DNA of 61,800 nucleotides, counting the filler. It is 5 parts of 5 records of this genome, joined end to end, with 100 filler letters (N's around TTAATTAATTAA, not from the genome) between each part and the next. Parts side by side here need not be neighbours in the genome. Positions count along the whole stretch, not along the records: positions 11,290 to 18,556 come from SRR2962707_603; positions 18,657 to 27,031 come from SRR2962707_609; positions 27,132 to 39,508 come from SRR2962707_613; 2 more parts are not named here. One strand, written 5' to 3'. The notes beneath the pieces were generated by a model, which made no database searches, was not told where the DNA came from, and worked only from the letters and a program-made list of their open reading frames with translations. Shown one piece after another: positions 13,442-27,285 of this stretch (positions within the stretch are counted from its first letter, which is position 1; every line of letters begins with the position of its first letter). The translations under genes were made by a program, and so were the position numbers.

Positions 13442-16400
13442 TCAGGGAGAAAGAGGTTGTTGCTTGTCGTCTGATTTCGGCTTCGACGTCGCCACTGGCT
13501 GTGATGACGGTGCTGCCTGCGGCTCGGGCAGGCGAGGGTTACTATTGGACCGTCCTTGGGCGACCGCATCCGGGTTGCACGGGATATTCTCCACGTGATT
13601 TATGGTGACGGCAGGCAGCCCAATGCCGGGCAGTGACTTGATATACCTAGACAGCGATGGTATTACAGCATGATGAGAAACCAAGCGCTGATTCCGCGCT
13701 CAAGTGAAAACGCACTGAAAACGCAAATTACAACGTACGCCATGCCACTGCCAAGGACATCAACTGCGAATCGCTGGCTGGATGCACTGCAGTCGTCGGT
13801 AATGCTTTGCGTCAGCGCTGGCGAAAGCATTACTCTCACCTCAAAAGGAATTTGCAGCTTGACCGTTGCATATGGAGGTACGCATGTGTCGATCGGACGG
13901 GAAACGGATCGGACTCCTCCACCACCATGTGGAAACATCAAATCAATGTTGGATGCTGGGGTAATCTTGGTGAGTGTTGGGGGGGCGCCTGTGTTCGAGG
14001 CAGCTCTATCAACGTAGAACATGCTGGCATCAACATGGCTGACGCAAACGGTCAGGTATCCAGGGTTGGTAAAAGCATACTCGGCTTGTCCTCGCAGCCA
14101 CAGCGCAGCGCTGACCGCGTTCGGAGGCCGTGTGAGTTGCGGAATATCGGACTCAATCATGACCCCGGTAGAAACTACGTTAAGTCGCGCCATAGCCGTC
14201 GCGACCACAAACAACAGTAGCAGCAGCAGCAGTCCAACAAGGACCGCCACACCCGCAATAATCCATTTTCGCTTGCGTTTGCGCTGTTTCGTCTCTTCAT
14301 CCTCTTCGTCTGGCTCGATATTCACAATTGTTGTGGTGGTGATGTCGCCGGCCTCGAGGCGGATACCTTGCGCGGCAGCAACCTGGCGGTCGTGTTCCAA
14401 TTGCTCTAGCTTGCGCCGATGGTCTTCGGCATGTCTCATGTGCGCCTCCTCCAACGCCGTGAGTTTTCGAGGCGGTGGCCGACGCGGTGGCGGTGGCCGC
14501 TGTGGCGGCGGCGGCTCCTGAAACGAAAATTGAGGTGCTGCAAATAAACTAGCGGCGCTTTGTACGCCACCACCATCCTGCAGTGCCCGCGCCACTGCAG
14601 CCTGGCCTCCCATTTTCGATACGTGGTTCGGGTTGGCAGCCATCCCACGGTCCGGTTGTGATTGCTGCTGCTGTTCATGTTGCTGTTGCTGATCCAGCTC
14701 CCACTGCCGCTGCATGTCTTCGAGGCGTTGCTGCTGCTCGGCGAGCTCCCGCTGTCGTTGCTGCAAAGCCTCTTCCTGCTGCCCGTACTGTGCATAGGCT
14801 TGTTGTCGCTGAGCTTCTTCCTCACGCATGCGAGCCTCTTGTTGCCGAGCGAGCTCCTGCATCTCAAGCAAGCGTGCGTCGGCAGCGTGTTGTGTTGGAT
14901 CCCCATCGTCGCCACCGGAGGAGCCGTGGCGCCCTTCTTCGCCACCGCTGAGCAACGCGTCGCCGCCCTCAACTGCCGCTTCCGGCGGTTGCGGGCCACG
15001 AAGTGCTGCAGCTTCTTCCTGCAGCATTTGGCCCTTCACCAGGGACAGAGCAATCTTCCAACACCTAAATGACTCTTGGTCGTCACAAATAAAAGCCAGC
15101 GGTCGTCGTGCGGTGTGGGGCGACCTTGCACTCCCGGCGCCTTCCTTGGGATTGTTCTCCACCACCAGCGCATATTCGTAGCCCTCCACCTCGTGCCATT
15201 CCGTGTGCGAGAACAACGACATTTGACCTTTGAGGTCGAGCTTCGATTCGTTTGTGTAATAGCGCAACACCCCATTGTCTAATGACAGAAAACGTCTTTT
15301 TGCACCACGCCCCAGGTGTTTTGAAGATCCAGAGTGCTGACCGTGCTTCGGCGATGCAAAGCCTCGCGACGAGCGAGGCAGCTTCGTGATCCAGCTTTCG
15401 TAGCGAGTGACTTGAGCTGAAGGCAGCAGAAGCGACTGCCGACGCTGCTGGCCGCCGTCATCGCCGATCACGCTTGCACCCTTGGCGTTGTCCACCGCTG
15501 CTTCCGACAACGCAACGAACGATGCCGCAATGCCGTGTTGCTGACGGTGCTTCGCCTGCTGAGCGCGACTTTCAAGCGTTCCTTTGAAGTCTCTTTCAAA
15601 GTTCGGATCCCTCGAGAAATCAACCAACATTTTGACACGAGCAGCGCCTGCCCGTTGCTTTCGCAAGTCTACAAACATGGTAGCTGGTTGCCTCATGGTC
15701 ACTGCGCGCAACAACGCCGCACCCGGAACGGTCGCAAGACCCGCGATTCGTCCTCGCTGGTCAATGAACGCAAACTTGAGGCGTGTGCCTTCCGCAATCT
15801 GCCCAAGGCGAAAGCTGAATGGCTGAAACTGCGGGCTTTGGGAGGCACCGCTCGCCGTTGCGCGAATGAGCTCACCAGCGGGCGTCAACTCGCGTGGGCC
15901 TGCTTGAGTGTAACTGCACGTGACATCAACGACAGCAAGCAAAGGAGGCAAAACCGTCAGTGACAAGTAGTCCTTCAAACAGTCGTTGGGATTTCGTGTG
16001 ATGCAACACACAGGCACCTCATGCCGCAACGCAACGCAGAAAGTCGCACGTGCCCATCCGTTGGACGTACAGGTTGCAAACTTCGGCCCCAGCATCTTGC
16101 ACACTGAGCTGGTACCCCGCAATCGTGGCTATAAACTTGTTCGCCGCTGTTTGGTCAGACGCTGTCTCCGGCGCGCCATCGTCCGCTGCAACCGCGACGA
16201 AGGAGATTCCATTCACAGACAGCAAATGTTGTGGCTCCAAAAAAGCTCGAAACGACAGGCTTTGCCCTTTTCCAAATTGAACTGTGGTACGGACGGGTTT
16301 TGCCTAGACAGTGCGACACGAGCAAGCAAGAAAATCCCAAGCGGTGATCGTCATGGCGGGGAGCGCAGCAAACTTCAATGAAATTACATCGACATTAGCC

Positions 16401-18340
16401 ACCGCCACAACGCGCACCTCGTCTGCGTAGTTGTAGTCCAAGTCGCCAAGTGGAATGTCGTACTGAAAGTTTCCTCGAACGTAGGCAAAGCTCTGCGTCG
16501 CCTTCACCACCCCCCGGTGGTCCGTCGTTGACTCGTCGAGCAATCCTCCGGCGGAAACCGAGGTGTTTGTGTCGCTTGGTTCTACGAGCAAAACCTCGAC
16601 CATGAGTGAACTCGACTCTGCCGCCGCTGAGGAGTGCCCAGGATTGAGAGCATACTTTCGTCGCGCAGGCCACGATGCGTGCGCAGTCGCTAATCGGACA
16701 CCAGTGCTTTGCCGAAATTCCGGCTCGGAAGCCACATACCACGCCACGACAACGTTGCAACGCGTCGACATGTGCACTTCAACGTCCTCCATTACAAGAA
16801 AATGGGTTGTAGCATTTGCGAATGCGTATGGATCCACAATCTCTCGGCGGGCATACCGGATGTCGAGCAACTGCTTTTGCAGCTGTTGAGCCAAGCGTCT
16901 GTGGGCAGCAACCGACGGTACGGGGGCACGCGCCCCACCCGATCCATCGCCACCCTCGTATCCACGAAGAAAGAACAGGCCCCGCGGGTGAGCGACCTCA
17001 ACCCCAAGCTCTTTCGCAGCAGCAGATCCCCCGCTGACCGACGCATTATCCACCACGGTGCACATGGATGAAAGAACAAGGTCTACTCCTTCCCCAGCCA
17101 CGTTGCGCATTGTGCCCCCGCGCACACCGATTCGGCGGAGAGTCCATCGTGGAGCTTTTGGCGAAGCAAGGAACGGGTACACCTGAGCCCAGCCGTCAAA
17201 GTACCCGCTGTGCGCGTCCGGGGTAGCCCCCGCACTTAGCCCAAGAGCAAGTCCATGCCCACCTGAGTCGCGATCGCGCGCTTCAACGGGGTTACCCTCA
17301 TCGTCGTAATAGTGGTCGTTGTTCGGGTCACTGGGATCCCCCCCAGAGCCGGATCCCGGGGCACCGACTGTGTGCGGCTGCAGTTCCTCAGCTTCCATTT
17401 GAGCCTCCAACTCCGCAAGGGCCTCAATGGTCTGCTGTATTTTGAGTACCCAGTTTTCGACATCCTGCAGCTGTAACTGCGGGTCTGTTTGCAGTGACTC
17501 GGCGACAAGGGTACGTGTGCCGACCCGCAACGTGAAGTTGGGTGTGCCATTCTGGCTCTGCTCGCGGCTGACTGTGGCGTCCTTGGTCAACGTGAGCTTG
17601 CCTTTCTCGTCCACCAGCTTGTTCGTGGCGTAATAAATCATGTTCGCCCCGTCCAGGACAAAGAATCGTTTCTTGGCTCGCGAAATGTCGCGCCGCAGCG
17701 CGTTAGACTTTGTGGGCTTCTTCTTCAACGGCCCCATCCACACCGGCGGGGGGATGATTTCCAATGCTGCTCGCAGCTTTTGAAACCACTCGCCCATTGC
17801 TGGCTCAGATGGCACCACCAGAGCAACACGATCCAGGCGCTCGAACTTTCGCTGGTCGATCCCCGAAGGCTGTGACGCGCTGGGACGGAACCTGGGGTCG
17901 TGCACTGCGGAGAACAGGTATGTCACGACGAAGTAGTGCACAGGCGCGCCGCCGTTGGCCCCTGCCACCGTGTTCATTCGCAAGGCCTTGGTTTTCCAAT
18001 GGAACGTGAGAATTTCCACCGGATCCGACCCGGCATCGTCCTTCCCCGTCGCAGATGGCCGGTACACTGCCAGCCGCGACTCGGCCACGAATGGGTCTGC
18101 GAAAAGCTCGCACCAGACACCATCGCTCGCTGCCAGCGACGACGAAGAAGCTGCGGAGGGGGCAGACGAGGCGGTGAGTCGGAAGGACTGCAGGTTCGGC
18201 TTGCCCTGCGAGTCGACAGAGGCGAACTTGAGGAAGCCGCAGTTGACAACCGGCATCGCGTCAATGCCCAGGTGTTTTTCATAGAGGGGCGCCAGCAGCT
18301 CCTCTCGCCGCCGCGATGAGTCCGAGCTGCCGCTGTCCAT
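13442..18340 (-). CDS. Multi-PH-domain membrane protein with C2-like segments, coiled coil, one TM helix and a C-terminal LEA2-like domain (spliced)
   Basis: PH motifs: WMGPLKKK...KKRFFVLDGANMIYY...NWVLKIQ and YESWITKLP...KRRFLSLDNGVLRYY...WKIAL. TM segment KRKRKWIIAGVAVLVGLLLLLLLFVV is followed by FTNPGY...VSHVDASMFY. Inferred introns at 16304-16387, 15973-16081 and ~13647-13738 join ORFs 16304-18376, 16019-16240, 13663-16122 and 13442-13684. Confidence 0.72.
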
Positions 18341-18556
18341 GGCTCCGCAACACGACCCAACAGTCAAAAGGCACAAGAAGTGCAGACACTACGACACGAC
18401 AAACACACAAAACGCGCACACGGGAGAGGGAGAGACAGCGGCTGCAAAAAGCTGCTGCTTGTGTGTGAGTGTGTGGGGTGTCCGTGCACCCACCGACCAC
18501 CAAAAGGAGATAGAGAGACAGAGACGGAGAGAGACAGAGAGAAAGAGAGAGAGAGA

Positions 18557-18656
18557 NNNNNNNNNNNNNNNNNNNNNNNNNNNNNNNNNNNNNNNNNNNN
18601 TTAATTAATTAANNNNNNNNNNNNNNNNNNNNNNNNNNNNNNNNNNNNNNNNNNNN
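18557..18656. other. Artificial contig-joining spacer
   Basis: N-run + TTAATTAATTAA + N-run. Confidence 0.98.
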
Positions 18657-19165
18657 GAGTGAGTGAGTGAGTGAGTGAGTGGGAAGGATTCGAGGCCACA
18701 CACGCACACGCACACACGTCGACTCACGCTACTCACAAAGCACGAGGACGAGGACTCAGATACACTCACGAAGACTCGGTCACGCACGAAGACTCACTCA
18801 CTAAGACACACTCCCACGAACACTCACAAAGACTCACGAGCGCACGAAGACTCATTCACTCAAAAGCACGAAGACTCACTCAGTCACTTATACTCACACG
18901 CCAATCACTCACGAAGGCTCATTCACGAAGGCTCACACACGGAGGCTCACGAAGACGCACGAAAACTTGCAAAAGACCCAGAAAGACTGAGGAACACTCA
19001 GTCACTCGGTTACTCAGTCACTCACTCGGTCACTCAGTAACTCAGTCACTGAGCCACTCAGTCACTCAGTCGCTCTGTCACTCAGTCACTCAGTCACTCA
19101 CGCAATCACGCACTCAGTCACTCAGTCACTTCGTGACTCTTTCACTCTCTCACTCGCTCATTCAC
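18657..19165. repeat. Compound micro/minisatellite: (GAGT)n, degenerate CACGAAGACTCA units, then (CACTCAGT)n
   Basis: Tandem units are directly visible; the ORFs over this stretch translate as low-complexity HEDS/HSVTQSL repeats. Confidence 0.85.
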
Positions 19166-19416
19166 TGAAGGCACAACTCACGAATCCTCTGTCTAAGTTG
19201 AACACCAACACAAAACGAACCCCGTCAGAAAAAAATTGCAACAACAACACTCCACTCAACCGCGTCGCGCACACGCCGCGGGAACGCGGCGTACCGGCAA
19301 GTGCTGTGGTGGGCGCACAGAGATGTTGAAGTTGCTGGTGCTTCGTCACCTTTCTTCACATTGTGTTTAACCGTATTTTCAACTTTTAATTGCTGAGTCT
19401 TTCAACTGCCTGCAAA

Positions 19417-22400
19417 ATGCCCTCCGCCACCCTACGCGCTGGAGACGACGTCCTGCTTTCAAGTAGCGTCGTTGGACGGGTGGACGACGGGGCCCGGCCA
19501 GTCCAGGCTGCTCGAGTAGTGTCGCTGGGCGGGAGCCCGCTGGAGGCGAGTGCCTGCACGGTCACTCTCTACTACCACCCGGAAGACACGCGTTTCGGGA
19601 GGGAGTGCTTCCACAGCGACTACCACGAGATTTTTTTGCCGGTGAATGGCTACGCTAGAGCGAGTAGTACGGCTGCTGCAGCTTCTGCTGATTCTGCGAC
19701 CGGCAGTGCTCGCTTGGACGACGCATCGAATGCACGAGCCTGCCATTCCGACCGAAACCGCGACCGCATTGCTGTGCTGCCAGACTGCACAAGTGTACTG
19801 AAGAAAGTCTTAGTTGCGCCTTCCAGGACTGCTACCGCGCCAGAGATGGATACGGACAATGAACAGAGCGAACGAACTCGCTACTTTTGCCTGGCACATT
19901 ACAGCTGGGCGCTTGATCTTTACTTCCGCAAATCCGATTTCCCGTCAGCCTCTGACCGCGCGATCGCTGTCAAGCAGGCTGCACGCGGGAATCTTCCGCC
20001 AACTCACTATTGTCATCGCTGCCGAAGATACGTCGGGACGTCCCGCCGGGGCTCGTTGCGCCTGACTCCCTGCCCAAACAGTCCACAAAAATGCTCGAAG
20101 TACTATTGCAACGACTGTAAACTTTCCATGCAAGGCGCACAATGCTGCTGCAGCTGCAACTCCGCTTTAAAATGCATTCGATGCCGGCTTCATGAAGAAG
20201 TCCCCCCACACGCACCGTCGCCACTGTCGTTAGAATCACAATCGCCATCGCCAGACAACAAATCGAAACGTAAACCGAATCAGTGTACGGACATACCGCT
20301 TGTCCGCCGTGTCGACAAGCTCATGGCGGAAAATCTCCATGGGCAGGTGCTTCAACGCATGGCCCTTGTTGGTTCTGTCATCAGGGCCCATTTCGTGCCG
20401 GCATGGCCAGACGGAAAAGTCGGATGTCGCGTAGGTGAGGTGTTCTTCAGCCGCGACAGCGACAGCGATGACATTGCAACCTCTGGCGACACTCAACCGC
20501 ACTGCTTCGAGTGTGATGGAATTATTCGCGCCTATTCTGTCGCGACCGGTCAACATCTGGTGGAATGGCTTGGGTGCGTTCTTGCTTGTGTCGGTGCGTG
20601 CGGTGACGCCGAGTCCACGTACGTTTTGTAACACGTACCTTCTTGCGTTGTTCAACCCTGTCGTTGTAAAGGCGGCACCAACGAATTTTCCTTGGAAATG
20701 AGGTGATTTCGGTTGGACCCGAACAAGAAGCTGTTTGCGGTGCCTCGTGGCTGACGCTTAGAACGATGGGGCGTGGAGTGCCGCCCCGTGGAAAACCGGC
20801 GAACCCTATTTGCATCGCGGTGCCGGATAGTGCCGCCTGCACGCCCCCGAGCGGCTCAGGAAAAAAACAATTTGCACCCGCTTGCTGCTGGCCGGCCTTC
20901 GTTGCCGAGGCAAATCTGAGCATGTACTTGCCGGAGCATTTCCAGCTTGCGCGGGCACGTCCTAAAGCAAAGCGGAGTCGATCAAAACTCTTGAGCGTGC
21001 CTGGAGCTTCTTCATCAACACGTCCCCCCACTTCACGTTTCGTACTCTCTGCCACGGCATGGCTTCTTCCTGACGAGCAGCTTCATTGCATTTGTCGACG
21101 ACCAGAGTATCTTGGTATTGAAGCTGTGGAGTGTGTCAAGTGCAAGGAATGGTTCCATGCAGAGTGTCTGTACGTTTCAAATATTTTCGGACGAACTGTC
21201 CATGACGAACGGAGGAAGCCCCACGGTAACTGGCTTTGGTGACCTCATGATGCCATTTGATGTTACTTGTCTTGCAGGGGGGTCACCGATGAAGAAGTTG
21301 ACTTGTGCATGGACGGCGCAAGAGACTGGTATTGTGCGATGTGTGACTTGACCCGCACCGATGAAGATGATTTTGCTGAGCAAACAGCTTTAGCCGCGGG
21401 CGGACGCCAGAAGCCACGTGCCACGCCACCATCGCTTGACGAGGCCGTTGGAAAAGTGCGAGCGGGGGCCATTGCTAGCGCCACGCCGAAGCCGGCGCCA
21501 AGTGTGAAACCTTCCACGTTAGTGCTGGACAGAACGAGTTGGCCAATGATGGTCCGCGTCCCAGCCGGCGCAATGCCTGGTACAGAGTTGGTTGTGGAAC
21601 GCAAATTAGTGCCTGGGCTGCGTGTGCAGGTCTGCTCGAGAGAAACGGCTGCATCTCAGCATAGAATTGGCGTGCACCGTGAAATTCTCCGCCAAGTGGC
21701 AGAATGTACAGCCGCAAGCCACGCCAGAAAATGGCGCAGTGCCCACATTACACGCATAATGACCAAGGAACGTCGGCACAGTGTTGATCGTACAGTCATT
21801 GAGGTCGAGTTTGAAGATGGTTGTCGCGAGATGGTGCCAAGACAGCGTCTCTCAGCTGGACCGCCGATTCGAATCACAGTTCCCGAGGGATCTGCACCAG
21901 GGGACCAGCTTGAACTGGACCAATGTATCGTGTCCAGCGCCGTGGACGGCCCTGAGCATGCTGGGCGGTCGGCTGGTCTGAACCCGCACGTGCGTGAAGC
22001 ACCAATGGAGTCTTTGGACGGCTGGGAAGGCAATGCCGCTCATTGGTCAGAACAGGAACAGGATCAGCGCCGCACACATCAAAGGCTGGAGAAATACGTG
22101 GCCGATGCAGAGCGGCGTGTCTGGGCACATCTTGTGAAGTGCACGCTGTGGGTGTCCGAGATGGAACGTGCCCGTACTGAGGCAAAGCCGGTCATGTCAG
22201 GGCTTCACGTGTGTAAGAAACCTGTCGCACTTGACAAAAGCTCGCAGAGTGCGCATACCGCTCGCCAAATGCGGCGCTTGGCTTCAAAGCTGCACGCCCT
22301 GTAAGCATTGGCTGCAGCGTATTGGTGACTGCACGTGTTACTCTCGCTGCTGGTTTCCATCACCTGGGTTGTTGGCTGCACTGCACGTAGGTACCGTGAT

Positions 22401-25400
22401 AACTCAAGATTCACGTGGACAGAATTTGAGCAATTCAGACAAGAGAAACGTTTGGAGTGCTCAAATGATTCTTGCCAAGTTCTTCAGTTCTCCTTTCGTC
22501 GCTTCTGGAATTTCTGGTGCCAGGGCGATGAAGGCTTCGCTGAATTGCAGAGTGAAACGCTTCATGGAAAACTAATGACGCAATGCCCGCCAGCAAAGGC
22601 CAACAAATTGCCTTTGACTGTTTGCTCCCCAGATGCCAATGTGCTTGGCGCTTCGGCAATCACCTCACATCCGAAACCGGCTGCGGCGAATTTGAGACAG
22701 GGTGGGCGTAGTGAACCAAAGAAGCAAACCCCATCTGTGGCTGAGGAGAGAAGTGACATCTCTCGTTCTGCTGTAGCTGTACGTTCTTCGGGAAAAGCCA
22801 GCGTCTCTAAGCCACCATCACGCAGGACATCACCTCGCCGCTCCACAAAGCAATGCGCACTGTGCCAAACATCGCCTGACATTGTGTGGAGCCAGCAGTT
22901 GAAGACATACATCTGCCGCCCGTGCCAGCGCTTGGGCAACAGTCCTCTGCCGCCTGCGGCCGTGACTCCAAAATCAAGCTTGCCGCAAAGCACCCACGGC
23001 TTTTCTTCGCGCTTGAGTCCATGGGGCCGTGCCGCACTTGCTCAAGTTGCGGCTTTGGAGGATCGAGATGGCAGTCATCGCCATTCAACCAGTCACAGCA
23101 CACCCGTGGCTAAGTCACCCACTTCAAAACGTCCACGACCACCGTTGTCTCCATCACAAGGCACTCCTCATGTCTCAACGCCAACGGTCCACAGTACGAC
23201 TGCGAGTGATGGCTCAATATCTGCAGCGACGGCTGCTGCAGCAAATGCAGCAGATCTTCAGAAGCCACGAGTCCAGTTGCGGAAATCCAGTGTGCACCCA
23301 GCGGAGCTTTTTGCGCGAGCTATGCTGACAAAGAGTGCGGTTGCCACTGAACACGTCCGCCTGCAGGAGCATCATCAATTTTTCAAGGAGTGAGTGCGTG
23401 AATCGTGTTTTTTGTGAGTGTGTTGAATCGCTTTGGCTGACCCGGTCCTCATTTGCCGCATCCCCAGGTTTTTTGAGGGCTTTGACAATCCTGTCGTGAG
23501 TAATATGCGTCAATACCGAGAACTTGATCGTTGGCGGCGAAAAAACTTGGACAAGCACCACAACGCCGAGGCCTCCACGCCCTTGAATGCTACGGTTGGT
23601 CCCCTTGAACCATCCTCCCACGATAAGCCATTTTACGGACACAGCCACCCTCAGCTGCTGGCCTTGTTGTACGAATGGACTTCTGTGGAACAGCTGGTTG
23701 AGAACACAGGTGACGAATCCGATGCAGCAAGGGCGTCTGCGCAAGCGGATTATGTGTTTGCAATGAGGTATGTGCCTCGATGGAGGATTCGTCAAGTACC
23801 ATTAGTTGAATACCCCAAGCATCTCCGTCACGATCATCGGCATGTGCCACCGTCCCTTTGGAAAAATGGGCACGATAGTCACCACAAGAAGAAACTGAAG
23901 GCTTCAAGCAGAAACGGCAATGCCAGCTCATTTGCAAGGCATCGAACGGCAATCGGTTCCGAACGTCGTGGTGCCACAGGGCGTCGCCACGAAAAGTCAA
24001 GGAAATTCGGGCGGACTTGGACACCGGCCGAACTTTGCGCCTTGGATGCCGCACTTGCTGCCCACAAGTTGGCAACCCTAGGTCCGCCGACGGGAACGGT
24101 TAATTCCCCGAACAAGGCACCAGCAGCCCTACGCGGGCAGCAGGTGAGTAAGCGCACGTGGCAGAAAGTTGCAGAGCATGTTTTACAGACCATTAGTGCT
24201 GCACGGGTCGAATGTGAAGGAGCCAAAACTTCCAAGAAAGGAAAAGCACGCGAAGCTGTAACGACGCATCCTGTAACACCAGACGACTGCCGAAATCGGT
24301 ACGAACAAGGCCTAGCCGACCGACGGCTGCTGGTGCACTACAAGTGCATGTACTTTTTCTACAAAAACGACTGGCGGTTGGTGCCCATTACGAAGAATTT
24401 TAGTTCCAGCACTCCCGCCGCCGGAGCAAAAAGCGTTTCCTCGTCTCCTGAAGCTAAAACCGGTGGGTCAACAACGTTCGAAGGAAACAGCTTCGTTTCT
24501 GGCGTAGGTCCTGAAGAACTGGAACTGCTCCTTGATCCAGCACAGCAAGGGTCCATGACGTCGCACTCGCCATCTCGGGTAGGACAAGCGCTTGCGCGCC
24601 TTCTGCTTGCAACGACCGCTACCTTTGCTGACCCTTTTGAAGCAGATGCGACATTCGAACACAATTTTTGTCGTATCACGGCTCCACACTTTGAGCTGCC
24701 AACGCACATGGTAGCTGCTGTGTGCTCAGACGGCGTCTCCTCAGGCAGCGGCGATTCTGTCAACTGCGGCCGGGTGTTTGCAGCAGCGTTGCACCGTGGT
24801 GATGGTGCCGTCGAAACCTCAAGCGCCGACACGCAGCTTGCCATCGGCCTTGGCTCACGTGTTCAAGGCTTTTGGGAAGAGACACAAGACTGGTATGACG
24901 GTGTTGTCACCGATATCAGGACGCCCCCGACGGAATTCTTTGTTCAATTTGATGACGGGGATGAAAGCTGGTTGCATCCATCCAGTGTCCGGAAGGTGCC
25001 TTGGCCTGTTGCAGAGACACCACATGGCATGTCGGAGCCAGTGTCGACAGGCAGCGCGTGCAACGGTGCTGTGCGTGAACGTAACCCATGCCATGGTGGG
25101 TCCCCGGCTCGAGGCACGCCATCGAGCGCTAGTGCTTCACCACGAGTATTGCCAGCGCCGCTCGTAGGCGAAGACGGCCGGAGCTCGCCAAGCTCGATGC
25201 TCATGAGCGGGACAGCTTCCCCGTCGCAGCTTTCCCCTTCTTCTAGCGCCTTGGCCATAACCATGCTACAGCGAAATGCTCTGGGGGGACAATTTACGGA
25301 CGTTGCTTCGAAAGCGTCGCAGAACTCTGTTGATCATCTACAATTTGCTGCTACAAACACTCCTGGGTGCTCTGCGCAGCCCCGTCTGCCTTTTCAAGAT

Positions 25401-26555
25401 CCTTCCCAGCAGCAAATGTCGTCGCGAGTCGGACTTGGACCAGCAAACGCGGATTGGTTTGTGCAAGCAGCTTCGACGCTGGAGGCAGCAACCAGTGGAC
25501 TGGGACAACGGCAGTGGTGGGGCAAGAACACGCAGGATTCCGTATCAGCACTGGAACTCAAGCTTACATCTGCTCAAAATTCGTCCGCGAGGCGAAAGCG
25601 CAGTGGAGCGCGCGGCCGCAAAGCCCGCACAGGTGACGCAGGGAACGATGGCGCTTTGAGCGGAGCAACTGCTTTGAGATCTACGACAGGTAAGCGCCGA
25701 GCAAGTTCGCGGAATGCCCATGACGCTGAAACCATGGCCTTCGGAAGTGGAGGCGGAGATCTTGTTTCACGTCAGAAAAGACTTCGATTTGGTAAGGTGA
25801 TGTTACTTGCTCTGCTTGGCAAGTTGATAACGCTCCAGAGCAGTTCTGACCAAATGCACACACAGGCCGAAGCCCTATTCATGCGTGGGGCGTGTACGCA
25901 GACGAAACGCTGCATGCTGGAGATTTTGTTCTGGAGTATAAAGGAGAACTCATTCGGAAGCCTGACGACGACGTGCGTGGAGCGTTGTTGATTACAGTGC
26001 TGGTAACTTTTTTTGGCAATTTGCAAATCAATCAAATTGGTCAAATACTGGCTTTGTAGGTGCGAATGCGCGACTACACCCGCCGAGGAATGTTTGACTA
26101 CATGTTTCGCGTGAACGACGACCTTGTTTGTGACGCAACATGCACAGGGAGCCTGGTATGTTCGCTGTGTGACGCCGTGGTGTTGGTTGGTGTCGTCGTT
26201 GCTGTCGTCGTTGACCCTTTAAGACACTGTTGCTACTGGTCGCGACGGTGCAGGCACGCTTCCTGAACCACAGCTGTGACGGGAATTGCCACACTCGCAT
26301 TGTAAACCATGGGGGGAAAGATAAGATTTTCATTCATGCCAAGAGGGACATTGACCCAAATGAAGAGCTCACGTGCGTAAAGCTTGCCGCCCTGGATTCA
26401 TTGGCTTAACCGGCGTCGATGTCGCGCAGCGGGTTGTGTGTCAACCGCCAATTGCTCTGTGCATGTTTGTCAGGTACGACTACAAGTTTCCCTTCGCGGA
26501 CGCAAAGATCCCTTGCCGTTGCGGTGCTGCGAACTGCCGGGGCTTTATGAATTAG
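19417..26555 (+). CDS. SET1/MLL-like histone lysine methyltransferase with BAH-, Zn-finger-, PWWP-like, PHD, SANT-like and Tudor domains (8 inferred introns)
   Basis: Spliced C-terminus reads [16 protein letters not shown]...[10 protein letters not shown]...[31 protein letters not shown]...[17 protein letters not shown]...[15 protein letters not shown], i.e. SET plus post-SET. PHD: HCICRRP...[14 protein letters not shown]...WYCAMC. Tudor: [19 protein letters not shown]...VQFDDGD. Introns at approximately 20575-20670, 21171-21277, 22301-22390, 23390-23467, 25793-25866, 25973-26059, 26156-26253 and 26373-26473 keep the frame. Confidence 0.88.
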
Positions 26556-27031
26556 CAAGGCAGAGTTTCATCTACAATTAATCACTCGCCCGACCAGCAT
26601 TAGTTGTGGATCACCATTTGAACATTAGAGGCCCGATTTCGTTCTGCGTACATGTCGTTCATTGACCGCAAAAACCAAAAACACCCCACAGCGTTCGAAG
26701 GTACCTTCACAACGTCTCGTCCACAGGTGCCATGCACCCGGCCACTTCTGTCACGCACTCCAGCACACAGCCCTGCCTGCGGAATCCCTTCGAGTCAGGA
26801 GTTTGTTCTGCAGCCTACCGAGCCGGTGAATACGCTCAGCTCGTGCTCCGAATGGTGCGTGGGCTTGTGAACGAGATGCGAGCGCGCAGCAAGCTTTTTG
26901 GTTGTGCCTGAGTAGGTGCTGTGTCTGCGCCACTTTTTCGTGTTCCGTGTCAATGAGTGGCCATTTGAACTCCACAGTCAAAGCACAACAGTGTAACGGG
27001 GCCCTGCTCACTCACTCACTCACTCACTCAC

Positions 27032-27131
27032 NNNNNNNNNNNNNNNNNNNNNNNNNNNNNNNNNNNNNNNNNNNNTTAATTAATTAANNNNNNNNNNNNN
27101 NNNNNNNNNNNNNNNNNNNNNNNNNNNNNNN
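27032..27131. other. Artificial contig-joining spacer
   Basis: N-run + TTAATTAATTAA + N-run. Confidence 0.98.
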
Positions 27132-27285
27132 TGTTCTTGTTCTTGTTCTTGTTCTTGTTCGCTTTTTTGCTCCTTCTGTTGCGAGGGCTCGAGCTTTGCT
27201 CAGTGAGCGTGTGCAATAGGAGCTGAGGGTTCGTCAGTAGTTGAGGGTTTGTCAGTTTGTGTAGCCACCCACCCACCCAGCCAGC

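Noticed and set aside
18657-19165. CRISPR array, telomere or coding repeat
   Set aside because: Units are 4-12 nt, degenerate and lack unique spacers; there are no cas genes; the ORFs 18671-19168 and 18675-19040 are translations of the satellite.
18657-27031. Terminal inverted repeats, (GAGT)n ... (ACTC)n, around the SET contig suggesting a transposon
   Set aside because: Both are the same common microsatellite at assembly breakpoints, and no transposase is present.
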